Below are positions 1 to 12,423 of a stretch of DNA of 64,000 bases, one piece after another. The stretch is from Coniocarpon cinnabarinum (Eukaryota): positions 1 through 64,000 of the forward strand of contig JAVECO010000080.1 of assembly GCA_051942205.1 (NCBI GenBank), in the 5' to 3' direction. The translations under genes were made by a program, and so were the position numbers. Numbering within the stretch: position 1 is the stretch's first letter; every line of letters begins with the position of its first letter. The notes beneath the pieces were generated by a model. It worked only from the letters and a program-made list of their open reading frames with translations. It was not told the DNA's origin and ran no database searches.

Positions 1-3000
1 CCACCACCACTCCCCGCATCCTGTCGTCGTAGCAATTGCCCTGCTCCAGCGCTTGGAGCCGCAGACGCGGAACTCGTCGGAGATTGAGCTTCTAGTCTTT
101 CGAAGCCCCCTGTTGCGAGTACTGCCGCCGCAAGACCCAAATTACAAAACATCCACACCAACACCACAGCGGAGCGAAATCCCTTGTAATAATCCTCCTG
201 TTTCTCGTCGGCACTCACGCTCTTCTTCGGGACTTGGTATTTCGCCGCGAAAACCCTGAGCTCGCTCTCATACTGACTGTTCAGATCTTTGTCGTCTGTG
301 GGTATGTTCACTTTCACCGCGTCGTTCTTGCCCACGTTGACGGAATCGAGTTTCGCGGCTGCATCCGCGCCTTTGGTGCCCCATGTGATATCGTGCGTAT
401 TGCAGAATGCGTACACATTCAGAATATTGATGTACATGGGCGTGAGGAGAATATATTGCAGGAAAGAGGTAAACATGTGCCAAGGATCGAAGAACAGAAA
501 ACTCATCGTGAAGTAGAGCACGTACGTACTCACCAGACTCACGATCAATGTCGCAAATTCCGGATTCTTGAACAGCTCAGTGGCAGTGAGATGGCCGCCG
601 CTGGCGGCGATATCTCCTTGGATTGATTTGACGACGACGAAGACGGCTGCGAAGATGAGGTAGCACATCAGTATTATCCAGAAGATGACCATGGTGAAGT
701 AGAATTTGCGGGAGCCTTGGGGGCGGTTGCCAAGTGCGAGGATGAAGCAGGAGACGAGTGTGATGAGGTACAACCATTCGAAGACGACGGCGAGGACGCG
801 GCCGACGTTGCCGAGGAGGTTGGCGTCGCCTAGTGAGACGGTGAGGATGCGGAAGACGAGGAAGAAGTTGCCCTGGTGTGATCATATCATCAGCTTACGA
901 TCCGCAAAGTACATCCAGACATGGAAGTAGAACAGCTGGGTTAGTGGAAGGGGGAAAAATACTTACAATAGCGAACCAGGCGAAGAGCTGGTTGACAAAC
1001 TGATACAAAAATTCGAACAGAAACATAAGCTTCCGAATGCAAGAGTGGCTGCTGCGGAAGATTTGGTAGAAGTGCACAGTCGCATACACGGCTGCAAAGA
1101 AACTCCCGTTCAGCCATCGGCGACGCTGCATGATGAAGTCGGCGACCTCCGTCGGGACGTCCGTAACGCCCTCCGAGGACTTGACATATTGCAGCACCCA
1201 GCGACAATTGCGCTTGGCCACGAGTTCGAAGCAGAGAATGCGATCCTCGGCGAGGTACATGTTCGCGGTGAAGATGCCCGCGTCGGCGCCGTGCAGCTTC
1301 TCGCCCTTGAAATATTTCTCAAGCGGTCCTTGGCCTGTTTTATCGTTTTGCAAGGCGACGTAGCGGTATGCGGAGAAGGCGCCGGGCAAGACGGAGATGA
1401 AACCAAAGACGGATTCGAGTGGCTTGTCGAGGATGTTGGACATTTTGTACTCGAAGTTCTGAGCGGCGACGAGCGGGTTGATCAGAGCTTTGCCGTTCTC
1501 CAGCATGGCTCGAATCTCACCACATGCGCCTGCACAATTTGGCTCAAGCTCGAATGCTTTCCAGAGGTGGTAGATCGAGTGACGACCTGGACGGGTTCCC
1601 GCGTCGATCAAGCAACAGATGTTAGGGTTTAGGACGCTGCCGAAGGCTTGGAAGAACCATCGGTGCGAGTTGATCTTCTTTTGGTTCTTCTCTTTGAGGC
1701 AGAACACGATTTGGACGGGGATCTCGCCCTTCTTGACGCTCACGACGCCTTTCTTAATATCCAGCGTCATCTGTGTCGTGTACTCGTAAACGTGTGCGGT
1801 GACGTCCTTGTTGTTGACTTGCTGCTTGGCAATGCCTTCCTGGTAGCAGCCCAAAGCCGCGAGCACGGCTCTTGTTCTAGGGTTGATCTTGGCGCGTCCG
1901 TCGCTGACCACGCATACTACAATCTTCTTCCATGCTTCATGGGGAGGGTTCCCCCAAGTTTTGCTGTTCGTGCGATTGTTCATGTACTCGATGTTTTTGA
2001 TGACACCAATCAATGTCCGCGCAAACAGTTCGTCTTCCTCGTTGTACATGGTGATGCAGATGAAAAGCTCCGTGTGCCGAGGTTTCGCGAAAAGCTGTTG
2101 TCGCAAACGAAAGCGATTCGTGTAGAACTCGGAGGGGTCACCAGTCACAGCCGAGTATCGCATGTGGGTGTACTCATCCCGCTCAGGTGGCTGAGCATGC
2201 TGGATTTGGTTGAGAAGTCGTGGCGGAACAGGGCAATCCAAGATCAAATTGCCTTCGAAAAGCTGCACCTCCTTGACCGTCTTGAATCTCCGTGGCGGCG
2301 CGGGCGTGGGCGCTGGCTTCATTTCACCAGCAGCTGTCATGTATCCATCGCCTTGTAATGTTTCCGGAGGTGAGGGGTCCGAGTACGGATCTGGACCGTG
2401 CGTATGATCGGTCTGAAGGATGGGTCGGTCATCTCGCTCGTTACCCCAGCCGCCATGCTGAGCCTGCGCATGGAAAGGGTCGTCGTATTGATGATCAGGA
2501 GTGTAGGCGTCGTTGTAATATGCGTCGTGATGTTCCTCGGGGTTCAGTGCAATGTCTCCCGCACCATGGTGAGGGTCATAAGTGGTGTGGTGGCCATGGC
2601 CTGGAGGTGACATGGTGTCGTAGTTATCGTTATGGCCGTAAGAGTTTGCGACATTCTCTACCGAGTACTGTATATGTCCCAGTCAGCCTTCGCACAATCT
2701 GTCATTGTCGCGCAAGTGGCGCGCTTACCGTCGGTTGCGCCGCCAATCTGTCCGCTGGATTGCCCGCAGGTCCCGGCCCTACAGGAATTTGAAGAGGCAT
2801 TGGCGGAGGTCGGTCTTGGAGTTGGTAGACGCCACCTGGCGGCGGCGGGTGCATGCCGGGGCCAGGTGAGGGCGAAGAACCAGTGTAGCCCCCATGAAAG
2901 GCAGGATGGCCAACCGGAGAGGGTGATCTGTCATGATATCGTGGATCCATGGGCGGCGGATTGCTGAAGGGGTTGTTGTGATGGTCGTCTTCGCTCTGGT

Positions 3001-3203
3001 CTTGCCCATACCCGCCTGGAGGAAGAAAAGAGTGTCAGTCGCGCCGTGATCGCATCAAGTCGGTTGAGTTGGTATGGTGAAACACGCAACCCTGTGGGGT
3101 ATAATGACACCCATTGCGACAAAGGAGGGCCGCATTGACGCGCTTGCGGCGAGTGCTGCGGAGGAATGTAGTTCTGCTCACCTAGGCGATGGTAGCCGGA
3201 CAT
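1..3203 (-). CDS. Chitin synthase (GT2, division 1, probably class I); 3' end lies outside the window
   Basis: Manual splicing gives exons 3203-3182, 3015-2729, 2667-967 and 872-<1 with GT-AG introns. Motifs: [70 protein letters not shown]. The class I call rests on recalled similarity of the N-terminus (MSGYHRLG...QPTYSVEN). Confidence 0.97.
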
Positions 3204-3936
3204 GACGGACGCGCAGAGACGCTCTCAGGCGTCGCTGGTTCTGGAGAGTGTACCAGTCCGGTAGAGGACGTTTGGCGTGAACGTGGGGAGAGTAAATTAT
3301 CTGGAGAGTTGGCGACGATTGGGGAAAATGACTCGTTTCAAGAAGCGCGCGTTGCCGCCGCAACGTCCATTTAAACACCGACGAGATGGTCTGCTTGTGA
3401 CGCGCTACTCGGAAGGCAGAGATCAAGAACAGGAGTTGCAGCAGATGGAGAGAAAAACTTGAGGGTTTTGGGCAAGGCTATTGAAGCAATGTCGAGCAGG
3501 TCAGATGGGCACGACGAGCTACGAGTGCATGCAGCGTTTGTATTACTTTGGAGCTAGCACTGAGCCATGCGTCTTGGTGGACTGGGAAGATGCACAGCCT
3601 CCCCTTCGCCTCCAATCGATACCGGCTGCCTGCTGGTTGATGCAAGACCGACGCGCAAGCGCTACACGCATCAGCCAGTCAATCTTTTGCGGCTCTCTGC
3701 GCCGTGTGGAGCAATGAATGTGCCTGACATTTTGAAGAAGACGCGAATCTGCACGGCTCGGCACTGGACTTTGAGTATGCGCTAGCCTTGCCTCTTTGGG
3801 CGTCTGTGCTGCTAAACTTAGCACATCATGAGATAGCTCCGAGATCTCACACAAATGGTTCAAGACTTCTGCAAACACGCGTACCTCTTCCTTCGCCCTC
3901 TGTCCAGCTCTACAAACAAGGTCACTCACGGACACA

Positions 3937-4488
3937 ATGTCCGCTGCCAGTAGTCAAAGACCTGTCTCGGTCTTGTTCGTCTGCTTGGGCAACATCTGCA
4001 GATCGCCCATGGCAGAAGGCGTCTTCCGCAACCTCACAAACACGCTGCCCTCTAGCCCTCAGAATCCTAACGCCTCGAGCCGCTTCGTTATCGACAGTGC
4101 AGGCACTGGTGCGTATCATGCCTTGTCTCCTCCGGATCCTCGCACACTGGAAACCTTGGAGAAACATGGCGTCACTACCTATGATCACGCCGCCCGTAAG
4201 CTCCGCCCACAAGACTTTCTCGACTTTGATTACATCTTCGCCATGGACTCGGAGAATCTCGAAGACATAGAAGAGGCCAAGACCAGATTTGTCAGGAATC
4301 GCAAGAGGAACAGCGCCGCAGAAGAGAAGCCGCTAGCAAAGACCTTGATGTACGGCTCCTTTGGAGGCAAGAGCGCGGACGAGGAGGTAGATGACCCCTA
4401 CTATGGCGGTCAGAATGGCTTCGATGTGGCGTACGAACAAGTGACTCGTTTTGCGAAGGGCTTTCTCACTTCATTAGAGGAAAAATAG
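3937..4488 (+). CDS. LTP1: Low-molecular-weight protein tyrosine phosphatase
   Basis: P-loop VLFVCLGNICRSPMAE, IDSAGT, FDYIFAMD and DPYYG motifs; single exon, 183 aa. Confidence 0.95.
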   Translation: MSAASSQRPVSVLFVCLGNICRSPMAEGVFRNLTNTLPSSPQNPNASSRFVIDSAGTGAYHALSPPDPRTLETLEKHGVTTYDHAARKLRPQDFLDFDYIFAMDSENLEDIEEAKTRFVRNRKRNSAAEEKPLAKTLMYGSFGGKSADEEVDDPYYGGQNGFDVAYEQVTRFAKGFLTSLEEK

Positions 4489-4771
4489 TCGCCACCGTGG
4501 TCGGGATTGCAAGACAATCGCAGTTCCCAACGATCAAATCATCACGTGCACAGAGGATCCGTCGCGCGACAATGAGCGCTGGTAGAAATTTCACTGCATT
4601 GTCTGATCTGGGCCAGGCTGGAGCAGAATGTGTTGCGAGGCTGTCGTTCTGTGAAAAGATAATGCTAGCGATCACGTTAGCTCTAAGCCTCCCGGCTGTC
4701 CCACGTACGCTATGCAAAGCGAGATCTCTATCCAGAGACCTTGACGAACATCAAACTTCTAATCGCTCCGG

Positions 4772-6396
4772 TCAATCGGGACCGCCGTAACGGATCATTT
4801 TGACCCGATGGAATGTGCCTGGTTTACATTGGTGACGAAGATCATCAAAACACTGCCGGCAAGTGCTGAACTCATGATCACCTTGGACAGAGGAGCCCAA
4901 GTAACAGAGAAATCCATGCTCTGGAGGCATTGACTTCTCGTTGCCGCCATGAGGGCATGGTAGTGGCTTGGGCTTGTTTGGGTCCGCTTCCATTCTTCTC
5001 TTCCTGCTCGCGACATTTTGGGTCCACTTATTCGCTGTCCAAGCTTGGTAGCTCTTGATGGACCATTGGTCCTGCAGAACACCCCAGTCCTGCAATCGCT
5101 CCTCGTCCCAGATGCTGGCACACCATTCTCCAAGGTCGGCTTTTCGTGTTTGATACCAATCCAGCTTGTCCATCGGGCTGTGCGCCCACAGCCACGCACC
5201 ATTGGGCCCTGCGACTTGACACCCTGCTTGCGGCTTTTAATACCAGTTGTCAGCGGATTTGATTTTATGACTATAGGCTTTCACCAAAGCTATTCTAATA
5301 GTATCTGCGAGTCCTCGCGCTTGGGACTTTCAGTATGAAGAGGGAGATATACATGCGAGATCGCTAAACTTACCTCAGCCAGACGAATGTCATCACCAAT
5401 ATCGGGTTTTTGAATCAATACCCGGCTAAGTTCGAAGGATATGTCAGAGAGACCTGGCTCGACGCTCTTCATTTGTTTGTACGCTGAATCAGCATTCAGA
5501 AGGCGTTGGGTTTTGCCGACTTCCGCCTGTTTCGATATTCGGATGAGGTTGTTGACTTTGCTAAGTCCATGCAAGAACAGAGATTCAGACCAGTGGGGGG
5601 TGCCACGTGAGGGCGAAGTATCTGGAGAGGAAGGTTAACTTTGGCAATGCTCAAGCTTTGTCCGTGGAATGAGGTCCTGCTTACCCCCAGCGAACAACAA
5701 GCGGTAGTATTCTTCTTCGCCAGCAAGATGAGCCTCAGCAAGGTCTTCGAGAATACGTGCAACACGGGATACAAGATGGTCATAGACGCAACCGAGTTCG
5801 TCGAGCTCCCACGGAGGCAAAGAGTCCAGCAGAATGTCTCGAGTACTTGCCAGTGGCAGATCGTAAACGTGACACATGGTATACCAAGCTTCGATGCGGT
5901 ATAGCGCCCGTTGAATGCGCAAACGTTCGATTTGTCTTGGTCTCAGTCCTGCATCTTCAGTCCAACCAGCAGTTCTCGCATGGTCAAAGCATTTGCTTGT
6001 AAGATCATCCATTAGATCAACGACGTTGTTATGGAATTGAACTACTTTCTTAAAGTCTCCACTGAGCGGTACTGGGTCTGACCAGGGCTCCTTCCTGGCA
6101 TCGCGAGCCGCACATAGCCTTACTGCGCAGATATATTCACGATCCAACGAGCTAGGCGCTCTTGCTGCGGTCGGAATGTCCTGAACCAACCTCAAAGAGG
6201 CAATCTCAGGTTGCAGCTCAGGAGGGATTTGATGCTCGAGAATTGCTTTGAGGATCTGTTCCTTGTGATGGACATATACCTCATGAAGCTTACGCGAGGC
6301 ACAGATCAATCTGGTCAGGCTTGGGAAGTCTGGCAATGACTGTAATATCAGTGTCTGAAGTTCATTGGGCAAGTGATTTTCAATAAAAGATCCCAT
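4772..6396 (-). CDS. Multi-exon fungal hypothetical protein with an N-terminal F-box-like motif
   Basis: N-terminus LPNELQTLILQSLPDFPSLTRLICASRKLHEVY. Intron 5684-5622 (GTAAGC...CAG) joins in frame to YFALTWHPHW; another donor GTAAGT at 5373; last exon contains GPNGAWLWAH...LGEWCASIWDEERL. Boundaries at 5240-5370 are uncertain. Confidence 0.7.
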
Positions 6397-6730
6397 TTTG
6401 TCAAATGATTGTCTATTCCTTAGCGATCAATTTCAAACCCCGGTTCTTTAGATTTTCAAACGAATATAGCATTAAGTCTACCGCGTTTGCAACGGATTGC
6501 TTTGCTACTTCACGGAATACTATTAAAAAGTGGTGCCTGAACAGTTGAATGGATGGAGCCGCTGAATCAGTATCGCACCAAGCCTAAAACGGATGGACGG
6601 AATGCCAAGCATTGACGGACGCGCATGACTCTTCATACTTCAGAATTCTGTACCACCGAAGCCCACCAGAGCTCCATAAGCGTTCCATGCGCAGCTTCGA
6701 ATCGGCCAAAGCATGCTTATGTGACGCATC

Positions 6731-9700
6731 ATGAATCAAGAAGAAGGGCTGACAAAACGCCAACTTCAGCGTGCTCCGCCAAAACGTATCAAGGAATTAC
6801 AATTTGGACTCGTGCCTCCGGAATCATTGGTGAAGCAAGGCGTCGTCGAGGTCTGTGACAGATCAGTATATGATCTCGCTCCGTTTAGCAGTGGACATGG
6901 GCGGCCACTTACTCGCCACGGTCCTCTGGACCCTCGCATGGGCACATCGCTCAATTCAGGCATGTGTGAAACATGTCAACTCAATCTCAAGCACTGCAAC
7001 GGTCATTTTGGCTACGTTAAACTTGCTCTTCCCGCTTACCATATAGGCTTTTTAAAGAAAGTTAGGGAGATCCTATCATGTGTGTGTAAGGAGTGTGCAA
7101 GAGTGTTGCTCGATGAAAAGGCTACGCGCACATTTCTGCGTGCTGTTCGGCGTGCAGCCTCCGAAAGTCTCGAGCACAAGGTCGTTGTGAAGAAAATTGA
7201 GAAAGAGTGCAAGAAGTGTAAGATCTGTCCGTACTGCCGTGCCACAAACGGCCCAGTGAAGAAGGTAACTGGTCATGTCTGCAAGCTGGTCCACGACAAG
7301 TTCGCGCATTACAACAAATCAACTGCCAAGTCCAAGACCCCTCCTGCGGATAAAGATCGGTTTGATCGACGCTTTCGCGAAGTCAGAAAGTATAATGCCG
7401 AGCTCGAGAAGCATGTGAGAAAGGCTGCAGACGATCTCAATCCACTTCGAGTAGTCAATCTCTTCCAAAAGATTCGGAGAGTCGATTGCGAGCTACTCGG
7501 CATGGATCCTGATACCTCAAGGCCAGAATCACTCTTGTGGCAGCATGTGCCTGCGCCTCCTGTAAGCATTCGACCCTCAGTTCAACAGGACGGCGCCACC
7601 ACTGAAGATGATCTCACAAACAAGTTGGGCGACGTTATCGAAATGAGCAAAACAATCAAAAGAGGAATCGACGAGGGTAAACCCATCCAGCAAATCATGG
7701 AGCAATGGGACTTCATGCAGCTTCAGCTTGCCATGTACGTCAACAGTGAAGTGCCAAATTTGCAGCAGGCTGGATATGGCAAGCCCATCAGAGGACTTTG
7801 CCAGCGACTGAAAGGCAAGCAAGGACGCTTTCGAGGCAATCTTTCTGGCAAACGAGTGGACTTCTCCGGACGTACGGTCATTTCTCCCGATCCAAATTTA
7901 GACATTGATGAGGTAGCCGTGCCGGAACGAGTCGCTAGGAACATGACATATCCTGAGCGTGTGACATCTGTCAACCTCAGTGAGATGAAGCATCGCGTTC
8001 GCAGAGGACCTTACAAGCACCCAGGTGCCAATTCCGTCGAAAGGCCGGGCACCAGCTTCCGGGTCAATCTACACGCACTCGCGAGATTCAATCGTCTTGA
8101 GCAAGCTGTCAATCAGCTGAAAGTCGGTGATGTAGTTCACCGTCATCTCATCGATGGAGACATTGTACTCTTCAACCGACAGCCGTCGTTACACAAATTG
8201 AGTATTCTCAGTCACCGCGTCAAGGTGCGTCATTGGCGAACGTTTCGACTGAACGAGTGCGTTTGTACGCCTTATAATGCAGACTTTGACGGAGACGAAA
8301 TGAACTTGCATGTGCCCCAAACAGAAGAAGCGAGAATCGAAGCACGAGAGCTCATGAATGTGAAAAACAATCTGGCCACTCCCAAGGATGGAACGCCAAT
8401 CATTGCGGCGACTCAGGACTTTGTGACAGCTGCATACCTCATCAGCAACAAGGACAGGTTCTATGACCGACGGCAATTTGCTCAGATCTGCAGCTACATG
8501 TTTGACGGTCTTGGAGCTCAAGCGGGCTCGGGAGATGTGTTGCGCAGGCATAACATTGATTTGCCGCCCCCAACGATCATCAAGCCAGAGGTTCTGTGGA
8601 CAGGAAAGCAAATTTTCAATGTCATGATGCGGCCAACGAGAAAGTCTGACGTGCTCGTTAACTTTGATGCGACTTGCAAACAATATTCAAAGCAAGAAGG
8701 GGTATCAAATTACAGTCGATTCGATGATATGTTCATGAGCGTACGGAACTCAGAGGTCATGAGCGGTGTCATGGACAAAAATATTCTGGGCTCTGGACGA
8801 AAGGATTCCCTCTTTTACGTCCTTCTGCGTGATTATGGTCCAGACGCAGCAGCGCAAGCAATGAATCGTTTGGCTAAACTTTCGGCGAGATGGCTGAGTA
8901 ACGAGGCCTTTTCCATTGGGATCGGTGACGTGCTACCAAGTCGGAGATTGGTAGAAAGCAAACATGAAATTGTTAAGCAGGCCTACGAGAAGGCTGATGA
9001 CATAATCAACGACTTCAACCATGACAGGCTCAAGCGTGACGCTGGCTGTGACGAAGAGCAGACCATGGAGAACAGAATTTCAGGCCTTCTCAGTGATGTC
9101 CGAAACAAAGCTGGTAACATATGTTTTGAGGAGCTCAGTACTTGGAACTCGCCCATTATAATGGCCAAGTCAGGCTCCAAAGGATCAGCTTTGAACGTGG
9201 CACAGATGGTCGCTACAGTTGGGCAACAAATCATCAACAGCAGCCGTGTCGCCGATGGTTTCCAGGATCGTACGTTGCCACATTTCCCCAAAGCTGCTCG
9301 GCAGCCGCCTTCGAAAGGGTTCGTACAAAGCAGCTTTTTTTCGGGACTTGGCCCCACTGAATTCTTGTTCCATGCCATGTCTGGACGCGAAGGTCTCGTG
9401 GACACGGCAGTAAAGACTGCAGAGACTGGATACATGTCTCGTCGCTTGATGAAGTCACTGGAAGATCTGTCTGCGCAATATGACAGCACTGTTCGCAATG
9501 CGTCCGCTGGAATTGTACAATTCCAATTCGGTGAGGATGGTCTTGATCCTGTTGATATGGAAGGGAAAGCAAAGCCGGTAAATCTCGAAAGAAACTGGCT
9601 TCAGGCTCAAACTACCCAATGGAGACATGACGAACTTAGCCTTTTGCCGGATCAGATTAAGCAGCAAGCAAAAACTTATCTGCAACCACACAAGGATAAA

Positions 9701-11206
9701 TTTAAGCGCATAGCTCTCGACGGCTCTACCGAATACCCATATGGCGAATGTGGTCCGGAAGACATCAACACGGATCAATTTGAAAGTCGACGCACGTTTC
9801 TTAAAGATGTAGAGAACTTCATCGATGCCAGGGCAAGCGACCTCAGAAAAGCTCTTGAGTTTCTTAAGGTGCGAGAGGGTCGAAAGGCTGGCAGACCTCC
9901 AAAAGGTGGCAGTCGTCAGAAGCACGAGGATGCCCTGACCGCAATGGCGTCTAACATTGCCAAAGTATCCGAGAGCCAACTACAGCGGTATCTGGATTTA
10001 TGCATACGCAAGTACGAAAAAGCGCAAGTTGAACCAGGGCATGCTGTGGGGGCTGTAGGCGCACAGTCTATTGGTGAGCCGGGAACCCAAATGACGTTGA
10101 AAACGTTCCACTTTGCGGGTGTCGCGGGCATGAGCATCACGCAGGGTGTGCCCCGAATCAAAGAGATTATCAACGGTAGCAAAGAGATTAGCACCCCAGT
10201 GATCACTTGCGCTTTGGAAGTCAACACCAGCGAGACCGCCGCTCGCATGGTCAAAAGTCGCATCGAGAAGACTTACCTAAGGGACGTCATTGAGTACATT
10301 GAAGAGATGTGGACCGGCAAGCAACGCTCATTAAGAATTAAGATCGACACCGAGAATATTGCTAACCTGCAGTTGGATCTGAAGTTTGCAGAGATCCATG
10401 TCGAGCTGCAAAAATCGAAGCATCTGAAACCTGACAGCTTCTCCGTGAGGCGGTACAAAGGCGACATCATCTCCATTGAACCAGACACCGCCGATGATGG
10501 AGATTTTGACGATGCCTCAGCATCTGGTGGCAAATCTAAACGCAAACGATCCGCCAAGCCCAGAGGGAAAGAGAAAATTGCAACCAATGAATCTGATCTT
10601 GCGATTCAGCTTCAGATGTTGAAACGAGATCTGCCCAAGGAAGCCATCAAAGGTCTGAAGCACGCAGCACGCGCCATTATTACAAAGACAGGGGACAAGG
10701 ACGAGCAAGGTCGCGAGACAAATCAATTGCTCGTCGAAGGCTATGGTCTCAAATCCTGTCTGACCACATCGGGAGTCGCATTCAGGAAAACGAGTACGAA
10801 CAATATTGCGGAAATCCACCACGTCCTGGGCATTGAGGCTGCACGAGCTTCGATTATTGAGGAGCTCAAGAAGGTGATGGGCCAGCAGATGGACATTGAT
10901 CCACGCCACATGCAGCTCTTGGCGGACATCATGACGTACAAGGGTGATGTGTTGGGGATCACACGATTCGGACTGGCCAAGATGCGGGATTCAGTGTTGC
11001 AACTGGCCAGCTTTGAGAAGACGCCGGATCACCTGTTCGATGCCGCGGTGAGGGGTCAGAAGGACCGGATTGAAGGGGTGAGTGAGTGCATCATCATGGG
11101 CCAGCCCATGAGGCTGGGGACGGGGGCGATCCGGACGGTGTGGCCCATGGGTTATGCTGAGGAGGACTTTGCAGAGAAGGCGACCGTGTTCGAAGAGTGT
11201 TGCTGA
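6731..11206 (+). CDS. RPC1: RNA polymerase III largest subunit (C160/RPC1)
   Basis: 1491-aa intronless ORF with zinc-binding CxxC/CNGHFG, GRFRGNLSGKRVDFSGRTVISPDP, catalytic NADFDGD, GREGLVDTAVKTAETGY, QMTLKTFHFAG and GITRFGLAKMRDSVLQLASFEKT; no Pol II heptad CTD. Confidence 0.98.
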   Translation: MNQEEGLTKRQLQRAPPKRIKELQFGLVPPESLVKQGVVEVCDRSVYDLAPFSSGHGRPLTRHGPLDPRMGTSLNSGMCETCQLNLKHCNGHFGYVKLALPAYHIGFLKKVREILSCVCKECARVLLDEKATRTFLRAVRRAASESLEHKVVVKKIEKECKKCKICPYCRATNGPVKKVTGHVCKLVHDKFAHYNKSTAKSKTPPADKDRFDRRFREVRKYNAELEKHVRKAADDLNPLRVVNLFQKIRRVDCELLGMDPDTSRPESLLWQHVPAPPVSIRPSVQQDGATTEDDLTNKLGDVIEMSKTIKRGIDEGKPIQQIMEQWDFMQLQLAMYVNSEVPNLQQAGYGKPIRGLCQRLKGKQGRFRGNLSGKRVDFSGRTVISPDPNLDIDEVAVPERVARNMTYPERVTSVNLSEMKHRVRRGPYKHPGANSVERPGTSFRVNLHALARFNRLEQAVNQLKVGDVVHRHLIDGDIVLFNRQPSLHKLSILSHRVKVRHWRTFRLNECVCTPYNADFDGDEMNLHVPQTEEARIEARELMNVKNNLATPKDGTPIIAATQDFVTAAYLISNKDRFYDRRQFAQICSYMFDGLGAQAGSGDVLRRHNIDLPPPTIIKPEVLWTGKQIFNVMMRPTRKSDVLVNFDATCKQYSKQEGVSNYSRFDDMFMSVRNSEVMSGVMDKNILGSGRKDSLFYVLLRDYGPDAAAQAMNRLAKLSARWLSNEAFSIGIGDVLPSRRLVESKHEIVKQAYEKADDIINDFNHDRLKRDAGCDEEQTMENRISGLLSDVRNKAGNICFEELSTWNSPIIMAKSGSKGSALNVAQMVATVGQQIINSSRVADGFQDRTLPHFPKAARQPPSKGFVQSSFFSGLGPTEFLFHAMSGREGLVDTAVKTAETGYMSRRLMKSLEDLSAQYDSTVRNASAGIVQFQFGEDGLDPVDMEGKAKPVNLERNWLQAQTTQWRHDELSLLPDQIKQQAKTYLQPHKDKFKRIALDGSTEYPYGECGPEDINTDQFESRRTFLKDVENFIDARASDLRKALEFLKVREGRKAGRPPKGGSRQKHEDALTAMASNIAKVSESQLQRYLDLCIRKYEKAQVEPGHAVGAVGAQSIGEPGTQMTLKTFHFAGVAGMSITQGVPRIKEIINGSKEISTPVITCALEVNTSETAARMVKSRIEKTYLRDVIEYIEEMWTGKQRSLRIKIDTENIANLQLDLKFAEIHVELQKSKHLKPDSFSVRRYKGDIISIEPDTADDGDFDDASASGGKSKRKRSAKPRGKEKIATNESDLAIQLQMLKRDLPKEAIKGLKHAARAIITKTGDKDEQGRETNQLLVEGYGLKSCLTTSGVAFRKTSTNNIAEIHHVLGIEAARASIIEELKKVMGQQMDIDPRHMQLLADIMTYKGDVLGITRFGLAKMRDSVLQLASFEKTPDHLFDAAVRGQKDRIEGVSECIIMGQPMRLGTGAIRTVWPMGYAEEDFAEKATVFEECC

Positions 11207-12059
11207 TTGCTTATCATGATTGACTGATACCCTGCTAATGAGAGTAAGACGAGCATGCTCTTGCTGCAAGTGACCTGGCTAGCTATGTTCTTTCAGGGGG
11301 GATTCCGTCGTGCCTCGTCTTCCCTCGCCAAGCGAAGCTTGCGTAACTCACAGCCTCCAGGTACTCCGCACTCTCTTATTGAACGTGAACGATCAGGCGT
11401 CTGCCATTCCTACCATCCTAGCCATGATGTTTCGCAGCCAGGTATGGTGGCTTGAACTCTTGTCAAGACGTGAGTCAATGGGGGGTGAACTTGGCGCGCA
11501 CGTGCCGTTGACGGGAAGTATACCATGCACCCTGCCAAGAAGAGCGAAGCCCAGCCCTACAGGGTAAGCACCTTGACGAAGAAGGCAAGTAGTTGCCGGG
11601 CGTGGCTTAGCGCCTGTCAAAGATAAGCATCGGGGTTGTGATTGGCGAATGGCATGTCCGGCTCTGACAAGAACGACGAGCATCGCGATTTGAAAACGGC
11701 GTTGCGGTCTGGCTGAGGCAGTACCGGGAGAGGCCCCCACCCCCCACCAAAACACTCGCTTCTGGCTCGCTTACGGAGTATTGTCTCGACGTTGAGTGCT
11801 GTTCGAGACTGTGTGTTTTTGCTGGACGGGGATGACGTAGGGCTGCATGTGAATCTGTTGAATCGCCGACTTCCAGTCCCCTCAACACGGCTCGCAATGC
11901 GCGCAGAACAAGAGACGAAGCCACAATGCCACGCCCAATCCACCGCCAGAGCAGGACACGCGACAGCAACATGTTGACATCGCCTGGCAGAGTTGCCTTT
12001 GATGATATCTCGTACGTAAATCGCCCACACGCCCGTCTTGCTCAGCCCGCGCGACTTTT

Positions 12060-12207
12060 TTATCATCTGCCTCTGGGCTTTTACAAATACTTTCAGGTCT
12101 TTATCTATTTCCCTCCATCTCTTTGGCTACAAGTACCGTTTATCTGCAGCACCGCGACATATCGCTTGCAGCCCACGTTGTCTCATTCTCCCACGCTAGA
12201 CTTATCT
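12060..12207. promoter_or_regulatory. Cluster of four HGATAA elements (candidate AreA/Nit2 sites) upstream of glutamine synthetase
   Basis: TTATCA at 12060 and TTATCT at 12101, 12140 and 12202, all in the same orientation, about 220-365 bp upstream of the ATG. Confidence 0.55.
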
Positions 12208-12423
12208 TTGTCTAATCTGCCTGCCCATTGACCCTCCCCTCCAATCCATTGCTGCTCCTCCGCTTCCCTCAGCAGCATCGTAATTCACCCCGCCCTCTGC
12301 GCTGTCTTTGTCTTCCACTTGTTAATCGTCTAAACCCCTCCCTTGCTTGGTTCTTCAACTTCTGCAGCGCATCCCTGTCACATCCATCTCTGCTCCCCTT
12401 ACTTTTCCTCCAATCCAGCAACC

